NCBI GenBank assembly: GCA_028826165.1
Contig: JAPDFW010000075.1
Span: 124,001 to 188,000, forward strand
DNA: 64,000 bases
Direction of reading: 5' to 3'
From: Anaeramoeba ignava BMAN
Lineage: Eukaryota > Protista > Anaeramoebae
The first letter of the stretch is position 1, and each line of letters begins with the position of its first letter. Positions 12,538 to 21,677 of this stretch are shown one piece after another. The notes beneath the pieces were generated by a model, which was not told the DNA's origin, searched no databases, and worked only from the letters and a program-made list of their open reading frames with translations. The position numbers and the translations under genes were made by a program.

Positions 12538-14331
12538 TTAATTATTAAATTTGTTAATTAATAAATCTAATAAATTTGGATTTGTTTGATTTAATTGAAA
12601 ATAATCAATTCCAATTTTAATTTCATCAATTATTTCTTGTGTAATTTGAATTTCTTCTTTAATTTGATTTGAATAAATCCAATATTCAAATATTTGAAAT
12701 GATTTATTACTTAATTCACTATAATCTTTAACTTTATTTGATTTATCTTCTGTTACAGATAAAAACATTCCTCGATATAATTCACTTCTCATTATTAATA
12801 TTAATTTAGGAAATTTATATTGTTTTTCTTTTCTTTCAATTATAAAATCTTTTTCATTTTCATTTTCATTTTCATTTAAATAAATTCTTTTCATTGTTTC
12901 TTCAATTTTTTCATTTGAATTTATAATTTCTTTAATTTCAGAATATAATATTGGATTTATTTTGGAATTGTTTGAATAAATCATTTCAAATATTTGATTT
13001 GATTCTTTAATTGATTTCTTTGAAATAATTTCTTTAATTTTTTCAATTTGATTTTCATTTTGATTTTGATTTAATCTATATTTCAATATTAATTTATGAG
13101 CTTCAATTATTTCTCCATTTTTGGTTTTAAATGAAATATCACAAAATTCTTTTCTTTTAAATAGTTTTATCAAATCTTCTTCAAGATTAGAAAAAGAAGG
13201 AGAATAAAGAAAGGATTTATCATGTCCACAAGAAACATGATAATTAGAAATATCTTCATTAAATCTTAATTTAGGAATTTCAATTTGAATTGGAATTGAT
13301 TGATATTCTTTTTTATTTCCAGTTCCTAATTGTCCATATAAATTATATCCAAATGAAAATAGTTTTGAATTGGAAGTTAAAATCAAAGTATGAGCATCTC
13401 CAACAGAAAAATCAAGAATATTATCATCATTTTCAAATAAAGATGATTTGATTTCAGTAAATTCATAAATATGCCCATCTTTGTCAAGTCCATTAAATAC
13501 AGAATTTCCACATGAATAAAGTTTTCTTTTTGGATTTTCATTTTCATTTTCATTTTCAATCAACATTATTGAATGATAATAACTGGATTGAATATCAATT
13601 ATTTTACCTTTTGGAATATTTTGGATTTTAGTTAATTTTTGGATTTTTGTTTCTTTTCTTGATTCTCCTAATCCAAGCTGTCCGTAAAAATTATATCCGC
13701 ATCCAAATAATTCTTGATTTGAATTTAAAAGAAAAACATGATCTGAATTAATTCCTGAAAATATTTTAGAAACATTTTTCATCATTAAAATTGGTTTTTC
13801 TGTTTTTTTAAGTGTTTCAGAATCAAAACCAAGTTGACCATATTCATTATCACCAATTCCATAAACATTTTGATTTGAAGTTAATAAATAAATTGAACTA
13901 GATCCAGAAACAATATCTTGAATTATTCTATCATTTGTATCTTCAATTAATGATGAAATATTGATAAATTCTTTTGGATTTTCTGTATTAATATTTCTTC
14001 CTTTTGCAAATACATTTCCTTCTATTGTTAAAATAGCTTCGTTATGAACACCAACAGTTACTTTTTGAATATTTTCTTTAATTTGAATTTTTTGAGGATT
14101 TTGATTTGAATATCTTAAATATTCTATTGCTTTTCCATTTTTAAAAAGGAAAATTGTTGATAAAAAACTTGATGAAATTTGTTTAATTTGTTTTTCATTT
14201 TCATTTTCATTTTCATTTTCATTTTCATTTTCATTTTCAAATTTAAATTGAATTGGTTTTGTTATTTTTTCTTGTTCATTTTTGATAAGTTTTGGTTCTT
14301 TATTTTGACCAAAAAATATAATTTCATTCAT
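12538..14331 (-). CDS. RCC1 + tandem BTB protein (array A)
   Basis: Intact paralogous ORF, 597 aa. Confidence 0.9.
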   Translation of the reverse strand: MNEIIFFGQNKEPKLIKNEQEKITKPIQFKFENENENENENENENEKQIKQISSSFLSTIFLFKNGKAIEYLRYSNQNPQKIQIKENIQKVTVGVHNEAILTIEGNVFAKGRNINTENPKEFINISSLIEDTNDRIIQDIVSGSSSIYLLTSNQNVYGIGDNEYGQLGFDSETLKKTEKPILMMKNVSKIFSGINSDHVFLLNSNQELFGCGYNFYGQLGLGESRKETKIQKLTKIQNIPKGKIIDIQSSYYHSIMLIENENENENPKRKLYSCGNSVFNGLDKDGHIYEFTEIKSSLFENDDNILDFSVGDAHTLILTSNSKLFSFGYNLYGQLGTGNKKEYQSIPIQIEIPKLRFNEDISNYHVSCGHDKSFLYSPSFSNLEEDLIKLFKRKEFCDISFKTKNGEIIEAHKLILKYRLNQNQNENQIEKIKEIISKKSIKESNQIFEMIYSNNSKINPILYSEIKEIINSNEKIEETMKRIYLNENENENEKDFIIERKEKQYKFPKLILIMRSELYRGMFLSVTEDKSNKVKDYSELSNKSFQIFEYWIYSNQIKEEIQITQEIIDEIKIGIDYFQLNQTNPNLLDLLINKFNN

Positions 14332-14555
14332 TTTTGAAAAGAAAAAAAATGAAAAAATGATTTTAATTTTAATTTTAATTTTAATTTTAATTTAAATTTT
14401 AATTTTAATTTTAATTTTAATTTTATAAATTAATTTTAATTTTAATTTTGATTTTAATTTTAATTTTGATTTTAATTTTAATTTTAATTTTAATTTTAAT
14501 TTTAATTTTGATTTTAATTTTAATATTAATTTTAATTTTAATTTTAATTTTAATT

Positions 14556-16343
14556 TTAATTTTGATTTTTAAATTTGTTAATTAATAAATCAAATAAATT
14601 TGGATTTGTTTGATTTAATTGAAAATAATCAATTCCAATTTGAATTTCTTCAATTATTTCTTGTGTAATTTGAATTCCTTCTTTAATTTGATTTGAATAA
14701 ATCCAATATTCAAATATTTGAAATGATTCTTCACTTAATTCACTATAATCTGTAACTTTATTTGATTTATCTTCTGTTACAGATAAAAACATTCCTCGAT
14801 ATAATTCACTTCTCATTATTAATATTAGTTTTGGAAATTTATATTGTTTTTCTTTTCTTTCAATTATAAAATCTTTTTCATTTTCATTTTCATTTTCATT
14901 TTCATTTTCTTTTTCATTTAAATAAATTCTTTTCATTGTTTCTTCTATTTTTTCATTTGAATTTATAATTTCTTTAATTTCAGAATATAATTTTGGATTT
15001 ATTTTGGAATTGTTTGAATAAATCATTTCAAATATTTGATTTGATTCTTTAATTGATTTATTTGAAATAATTTCTTCAAGTTTTTCAATTTGATTTTGAT
15101 TTAATCTATATTTCAATATTAATTTATGAGCTTCAATTATTTCTCCATTTTTGGTTTTAAATGAAATATCACAAAATTCTTTTCTTCTAAATAATTTTAT
15201 CAAATCTTCTTCAAGATTGGAAAAAGAAAGAGGAGAATAATAAAGAAATGATCTATAAGCACCACAAGAAATATGATAATTAGAAATATCTTCATTAAAT
15301 CTTAATTTAGGAAGTTCAATTTGAATTGGAATTGCTTGATTATTTGTATTTCCAGTTCCTAATTGACCTGAATCATTATTTCCAAATACTATCAATTTTG
15401 ATTTGGAAGTTAAAATCAAATTATGATATTGTCCACAAGAAATTTTAAGAATATCATCATCATTTTCAAATAAAGGTGATTTGATTTCAGTAAATATTTT
15501 TGTATCTTGAGCCTTGCCAAGTCCATTAGATTTATAATCTCCAGTTGAATAAAGTTTTCTTTTTGGATTTTCATTTTCATTTTCATTTTCAATCAACATT
15601 ATTGAATGATTAAATCCACCTTTAATATCAATTATTTTACCTTTTGGAATATTTTGGAATTTAGTTAATTTATAGACTTTTGCCTGTAGTATTGCTTCTT
15701 TTAATCCAAGTTGACCATGATAATTATATCCGCATCCAAATAATTCTTGATTTGAATTTAAAAGAAAAATGCAATCTGATGTATTTCCTGAAAATATTTT
15801 AGAAATATTTTTCATCATCAAAATTGGTTTTTCTGTTTTTTGAAGTGTTTCAGAATCAAAACCAAGTTGACCCCAATAATTATCACCAATTCCATAAACA
15901 TTTTGATTTGAAGTTAATAAATAAATTGAACTATCTCCAGAAATAACATCCTGAATTATTCTATCATTTTTATCTTCAATTAATGATGAAATATTGATAA
16001 ATTCTTTTGGATTTTTGTAATAAATATCTTTTCCTTTTGCAAATACATTTCCTTCTATTGTTAAAATAGCTTCATTTTCATGGCCAGCAGACACTTTTTG
16101 AATATTTTCAATTTGAATTTTTTTAGGATTTTGATTTGAATCTCTTAAATATTCTATTGCTTTTCCATTTTTAAAAAGGAAAATTGTTGCAAAAGGTCCT
16201 GATGAAATTTGTTTAATTTGTTTTTCATTTTCATTTTCATTTTCATTTTCAAATTTAAATTGAATTGGTTTTGTTATTTTATTTGGTTCATTTTTGAAAA
16301 GAATTGGATATTTATTTAAACCAAAAAATATAATTTCATTCAT
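14556..16343 (-). CDS. RCC1 + tandem BTB protein (array A)
   Basis: Intact paralogous ORF, 595 aa. Confidence 0.9.
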   Translation of the reverse strand: MNEIIFFGLNKYPILFKNEPNKITKPIQFKFENENENENEKQIKQISSGPFATIFLFKNGKAIEYLRDSNQNPKKIQIENIQKVSAGHENEAILTIEGNVFAKGKDIYYKNPKEFINISSLIEDKNDRIIQDVISGDSSIYLLTSNQNVYGIGDNYWGQLGFDSETLQKTEKPILMMKNISKIFSGNTSDCIFLLNSNQELFGCGYNYHGQLGLKEAILQAKVYKLTKFQNIPKGKIIDIKGGFNHSIMLIENENENENPKRKLYSTGDYKSNGLGKAQDTKIFTEIKSPLFENDDDILKISCGQYHNLILTSKSKLIVFGNNDSGQLGTGNTNNQAIPIQIELPKLRFNEDISNYHISCGAYRSFLYYSPLSFSNLEEDLIKLFRRKEFCDISFKTKNGEIIEAHKLILKYRLNQNQIEKLEEIISNKSIKESNQIFEMIYSNNSKINPKLYSEIKEIINSNEKIEETMKRIYLNEKENENENENENEKDFIIERKEKQYKFPKLILIMRSELYRGMFLSVTEDKSNKVTDYSELSEESFQIFEYWIYSNQIKEGIQITQEIIEEIQIGIDYFQLNQTNPNLFDLLINKFKNQN

Positions 16344-16394
16344 TTTTGAAAAGAAAAAAATGAAAAAAATGAAAAAAATGAAAAAATGAAAAAA

Positions 16395-17776
16395 TTAAAA
16401 TTTGATAATTTCTTCAAGAATTTCTACTTCTCTTTGAAGTTTTTTATCACCAATAATGGGAATTTCTGATTTGAAAAGTTGAATAAGTTTGTTTGCTTTT
16501 TGTTTGTTTTCTTCATTCCTTTCAAAATTTTTGATAAACTTAACATAACGAATCAACAAAATAGCTTTTCTGATTGAAGAATCTTGATAAAATTCATCTT
16601 GATCTTGATTCAAAGAAGGGAAAACAACTTGGTCAACTTCTTTTAAAGGATTTCCCTTTTTATCATTAAAGGAAAGTGTCAAATTAAGAGGCAAACCGTC
16701 TGAAACAGTGGGATCCATTTTCAAAACAATGATTCCTCCTTGAGTCTCGTTTTGTTCGTTCATGTGTGAAGGCATTGCAGTGGAAATATCAGCAATTGTT
16801 GTGTCTTTCTTATCCTCCGAATCAGGAGAACCATAGACTCTTTTTATTTTGGATCCATCAACTTGAAGTTTTATATCAAAACAAATAGGCATCATCATGT
16901 AATCAAACTCCGTTTCCATTCTGCGCTTGAATTCCGAGGCAGAATGCACAGAAAAGTACATCGCGCCTTTTGTCTTTGTGATAACCTCAAGCAATTGGGT
17001 ATTGAAATCAACTCCAACTCCAATAAAAGTGCAATATATCCGCTGTTCAGAATATTCCTTTGCCAACGAAAAAAGTCCTGTTGATTTGGTTTCTCCCGCT
17101 GTCGGTTGCGCATCGGTTAGGAAAAGAATTCGGTTTTCTCGATCACTGATCTCATTCGGATCTGTTCCACTTTCCTTGAGAAATTTTTGGATCATTCTTG
17201 CCCCTCTATAATTCCTTCTGACATATTTGTTCCGCCACGGCTTTTTAACGAATTAATTGATTTTTAATTGCTCTTGATCCACTTGCCCCCATTTTTGGAA
17301 TGGGAAAAGAACCTCTGCGTCGTTGTCAAAAATAACTACTCCAAAATTGTCATCTTTTCTGGAAATTCTCTGTTAATCCAAGAATTGTTCTTTTGCCACT
17401 TCAAGTTTGCTTAATTTTTCTTCTTCTTGATTTGATCTTCCTCTAAAACCTGATCCCATTGAGCCCGAAATATCAAGAACAACAGCACAATTCAAAGGAG
17501 GTCTCCCAATTTTTGATTCCTTCTCCATCATATTTGGATTTCATTGCAAACCGATATGAAATAAATATTCTTTGTTGCCTGTAAATGGATTTTTGGAAAT
17601 TGCAACTGTATCATGAGTTGTCATTAATTTTTCATTTTCTGGTTCGCCTATTGAGAAATAATATTCATTGAATAATCCATGGTAAGTTATTGATGATTTC
17701 ACTACTCTCTTTTTTGTCCTGATTGTATGTTTTGTCGAAAATTTCCTGTATCTCTTGCTCCTGTAAATTTCTTCAT
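16395..17776 (-). CDS. von Willebrand factor A (MIDAS) domain protein, frameshifted in the assembly
   Basis: ATG at 17776 follows the TCATTTTT leader: MKKFTGARDTGNFRQNIQSG...SITYHGLFNEYYF...RPPLNCAVVLDISGSM (DxSxS MIDAS)...RILFLTDAQP...TFIGVGVDFN. Confidence 0.8.
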
Positions 17777-18211
17777 TTAAAAATATAAAAATGAAAAAAA
17801 TGAAAAAAATGAAAAATGAAAAATGAAAAATGAAAAATGTTAATTTTACTTTCTTAGACATTTTTTATGATTGGAAATTAATTAAAAAATAAAAATAAAA
17901 ATGATCAAAAAATGAGGAAATTAAAAGAAAAATGAAATAATATTTTAAATACTCTTTTTATCATTTTCTATTTTGAATTAATAAAAAATAAAATAAAATT
18001 GAATTGGAAAAATAAAATAAATTAAAATTGGAATTAAAAATTTAATTTTACTTACTCTACTCATTTTTAAAATTAAATAATTAAAATTAAAAATGATCAA
18101 TTAATAAAGAAAAATATTTTATTTTTGTTTTTTTCTTAAATTTGGAACTTTTTAATTTTAATTAATATTTTTCATTTTTTTTTCAATTTTAAAAAGAGAA
18201 AAATTTATAAA

Positions 18212-20560
18212 ATGGATATTTGGAAAATTATTGAAAAAAATAATATTCAATTATTAAAAGAAGTTAATTTCAATACAAAAACAGATTTAAAACAAAATGC
18301 AAAACCTATTTTAAACTTTGCAATAGAAAAAAAAGTTTCAAAAGAAATTATTGAGTTTTTAATTAGAAAAGGAATAAATGTAAATTCATTTGATAATTTG
18401 GGAAGAAATGCGTTACATTTAGCTATTATGAACAATTCCGAAATGGAAATAATTGATTTACTAATTTCAAAAGTTGATGATATTAATGCTAAAACAAATC
18501 ACAATCAAACAGCTTTTCATTTTGCTTGCAAATATAGTTCATTTGCAATGATTAAATATTTAATTTCCAAGGGAATCGATATCAAAGCAAAATCAAATTA
18601 CAAAAACAAATCAGCTTTGCATTTTATTTGCGAACATCAAAATGAAAATTTGATTGAGATTATTGAATTACTAATTTCAAAAGGATTTGATGTTAATGAA
18701 AAAACAGACTATAATAAAACTGCTTTGCATTATGTTTGTGAAAATAAATCACCAAATTCGTATGAGGTTATTGAATTCTTAGTTTCAAAAGGGATTGATG
18801 TTAATGAAAAAACAGACTATAATAAAACTGCTTTGCATTATGCTTGTGAGACTCCAAATTTAAATTCTCTTCAAATTGTCAAGTATTTAGTTTTAAAAGG
18901 AGCTGATATTCATGTCAAAACCAATTCAAATGAAACTCCTTTGTATTATGCTTGTGAAAATCCAGATTCAAATTCTTTAGAAATTATCAAATATTTAGTT
19001 TTAAAAGGAGCTGATATTAATGAAAAAACCAATTCAAATCAAACAATTTTACATGAAATTTGCCGAAATCCAAATCCAAATTCTTTAGAAATTATCAAAT
19101 ATTTAGTTTCAAAAGGAGTTGATATTAATGCAAAAACAGACAACAATCAAACAATTTTACATGAAATTTGTCAATATCCAAATTCAAATTCTTTAGAAAT
19201 TATGGAATATTTAGTTTCAAAAGGAGTTGATATTAATGCAAAAACAAATCAAGACAAGACAGCTTTGCATATTGTTTGTGAATCACAAAATCTAAATAAT
19301 CAAAATCAAAATCAAAATCAAAATAATCAAAATCAAAATGCACTTGAAATTGTTAAATACTTGATTTCAAAAGGAATTGATATTAATACAATTTCAAATA
19401 ATAATGAAACAGCTTTGCATTGTGCTTGTTTAAATGAAAATCAAAATACACTTGAAATTGTTAAATACTTGATTTCAAAAGGAATTAATATTAATACAAA
19501 AACCAATAATAACGAAACAGCTTTGCACTTGATTTGCCAAATTCCAAGTGAAAAATATTCATATTTCCTTTTGAAAAATCAAAACCAAAATAAACTTGAA
19601 ATTGCTAAATACTTGATTTCAAAAGGAATTAATATTAATACAATGTCTAATACTAGTGATACAGCTTTGAATTATGCTTGCAAAAATAGCTTTGTTGAAT
19701 TTATCAAAATTTTATTGATGAATGATGCTAATGTGTTTCTTTTAAAAAAATACCAATTGAATAAAGAATTTCTCCATTTATTCTCTCAAATTTATTCAAT
19801 TAATCAAGATATGAATCAATTATTACATTCAAATGAAAATTTTTCAGATTTAACAATTCAATCCAATGATTCTTTCAAATTTCATGTTCACAAATTAATT
19901 CTTCTATCCAGATTGAATAATGATGATTCTATTGTGCAAAAATTGATCGGTATTTGTTTTCAAAAATCAAAAGAATATGTTGAATCAGCTTTAAATTTCC
20001 TTTATACAGGATTTGTTGATTTGGAAAAGCTTTATCAAACATTCCATCAAAATATTCCTGATTCTGATTTTTTTTACTTTGGAGATCACAATGATCCATT
20101 TTCAAAAGCTCTCAGATATGAAGAAAAGAAAGAAAAAGAGATAATTCAAGAATTTTTCAAAGAAATTGGATTTGATTCAAATTGGATTGAATTAAAAAAG
20201 GGAAGAAAAGGATTATTGAAAGATTTACACCAATTATTTCAACAAGAATCAACAAAGGATTTCAAAATAATTGTTGAAGAAAAAGAAATTAAAGTGCACA
20301 AATTAATTTTATTAGCAAGAAGTGAATTATTTAAAGGGATGTTCCAATTAAATATTTCAGATTCATCAAATCAGGTTCATAATTATTCAGAAAAATCATT
20401 TGAAACAATAAAGCAATTTATTTATTTTCTTTATCATGATGAATTTAATGAAGAAAAAAGAATTAATTTAAAAATGAAAGAAGAAATGAATGATTTACAA
20501 GATTTTTATCAATTAAATCCAAATTCAATAATAGGATTAATTTCAAAAGATTTCAAATAA
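18212..20560 (+). CDS. Ankyrin-repeat + tandem BTB/POZ protein
   Basis: More than 10 ankyrin repeats (TALHYAC..EIVKYLISKG.DIN), then FSDLTI...VHKLILLSRL and TKDFKIIV...VHKLILLARSELFKGMF. Confidence 0.92.
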   Translation: MDIWKIIEKNNIQLLKEVNFNTKTDLKQNAKPILNFAIEKKVSKEIIEFLIRKGINVNSFDNLGRNALHLAIMNNSEMEIIDLLISKVDDINAKTNHNQTAFHFACKYSSFAMIKYLISKGIDIKAKSNYKNKSALHFICEHQNENLIEIIELLISKGFDVNEKTDYNKTALHYVCENKSPNSYEVIEFLVSKGIDVNEKTDYNKTALHYACETPNLNSLQIVKYLVLKGADIHVKTNSNETPLYYACENPDSNSLEIIKYLVLKGADINEKTNSNQTILHEICRNPNPNSLEIIKYLVSKGVDINAKTDNNQTILHEICQYPNSNSLEIMEYLVSKGVDINAKTNQDKTALHIVCESQNLNNQNQNQNQNNQNQNALEIVKYLISKGIDINTISNNNETALHCACLNENQNTLEIVKYLISKGININTKTNNNETALHLICQIPSEKYSYFLLKNQNQNKLEIAKYLISKGININTMSNTSDTALNYACKNSFVEFIKILLMNDANVFLLKKYQLNKEFLHLFSQIYSINQDMNQLLHSNENFSDLTIQSNDSFKFHVHKLILLSRLNNDDSIVQKLIGICFQKSKEYVESALNFLYTGFVDLEKLYQTFHQNIPDSDFFYFGDHNDPFSKALRYEEKKEKEIIQEFFKEIGFDSNWIELKKGRKGLLKDLHQLFQQESTKDFKIIVEEKEIKVHKLILLARSELFKGMFQLNISDSSNQVHNYSEKSFETIKQFIYFLYHDEFNEEKRINLKMKEEMNDLQDFYQLNPNSIIGLISKDFK

Positions 20561-20675
20561 ATTTTTTTTATTTTTGATAATGTGAAAAATTTGATCAAAA
20601 AAAAAAAGAAATTTAAATAAAATAAAATCATAAAAAATAACTTTTCATTTTTTTTTGAAATATTTTTTAATTGAG

Positions 20676-21047
20676 ATGAATTTGAACTTTTTCTTTTTAT
20701 TAATTCTTTTAGGATTGACAAGTTGTTTTTCATTCGAGACTGCAGACAACACAACTTTATTATTTTATGATGATGAAAGTTGTAATCAACTTTTATTTAG
20801 TATGAATATGACTGAGGGACAATGTGAAGCATCAACACTTTTAGCTGTTTCTTCTGGTCAAGGTGGATTAAAGACAACAGTAGCAACTATTATCTATTAC
20901 TATCCAGATTCGCAAGATTGTACCGGAAATAGTATTATTACTAATGTTCAACCTGGTCAATGTTACAAAGAAAGTGAGATTGAAGCTGGATCTATTCAAA
21001 CTTTTACTTTTTTCTTTCTTTTTTCTCTTCTTTTGTTTTTTTTCTAA
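20676..21047 (+). CDS. Small secreted, probably GPI-anchored Cys-containing surface protein
   Basis: ATG 20676 gives the hydrophobic signal MNLNFFFLLILLGLTSC, a mature part with 4 Cys, small residues (AGS), and a terminal hydrophobic tail with no cytosolic segment. Confidence 0.65.
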   Translation: MNLNFFFLLILLGLTSCFSFETADNTTLLFYDDESCNQLLFSMNMTEGQCEASTLLAVSSGQGGLKTTVATIIYYYPDSQDCTGNSIITNVQPGQCYKESEIEAGSIQTFTFFFLFSLLLFFF

Positions 21048-21236
21048 TAAGTTCTCAAAAAAACCAAAATTCCTCTTTTTTCTTTCCCTAATTCCATTTT
21101 TTTTCTTTTTTAATTTTCCAATTCATTAAAAAAAAATAAGGATTAATTTCAAAAAATTTCAAATAAATTTTTTTTTTTGATAAATTTTATTTTTGTTGAT
21201 TTAAAAAAAAAATTAATTCGTTTAAAATGATAAGAA

Positions 21237-21608
21237 TTATTTTCTTTTTGATTTCCATTCAAGATAACTTTTTAATTCTTCACAATTCCGAATTTCTTCA
21301 ATAGAAGAAAAACGAGTTGCTAAAGTTTTATGATCAAAAGTATCATGAAGAGTAGAATGACATTTGCGACAAATTTTAGCAAAAATTGGAACTACTTTTT
21401 TTTTTCTTCTTTTCATTCTTTTTATAATTAATTTTGGTATTAAATGATGAATTGTAATTTTTTCAGTTGTTGTTCCACATAATTCACATTGACCTTCAAT
21501 TTCTTCTCCAGAATCAGATTCAATTTCACTTGAATCTTCTGAATCACTTTTACTTTTTCTCTTTTCATCACTAAATGAATCTGATGAATATAATTTAATT
21601 TTAGACAT
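21237..21608 (-). CDS. HNH-fold nuclease-like protein (YisB-like)
   Basis: CELCG...TIHHLIPK...ICRKCHSTLH...LATRFSSIEEI...YLEW, with an acidic/Ser N-terminal extension. Confidence 0.8.
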   Translation of the reverse strand: MSKIKLYSSDSFSDEKRKSKSDSEDSSEIESDSGEEIEGQCELCGTTTEKITIHHLIPKLIIKRMKRRKKKVVPIFAKICRKCHSTLHDTFDHKTLATRFSSIEEIRNCEELKSYLEWKSKRK

Positions 21609-21677
21609 TTTAAAAATGAAAAATGAAAAATGAAAAAAATGAAAAAAAATTTTTTTATTAATTAATCAATTAAATTT

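Noticed and set aside
17777-17861. VWA start at 17861 with an apparent first intron
   Set aside because: Splicing does not give the conserved frame. The ATG at 17776 directly yields the conserved motif and follows the usual leader.
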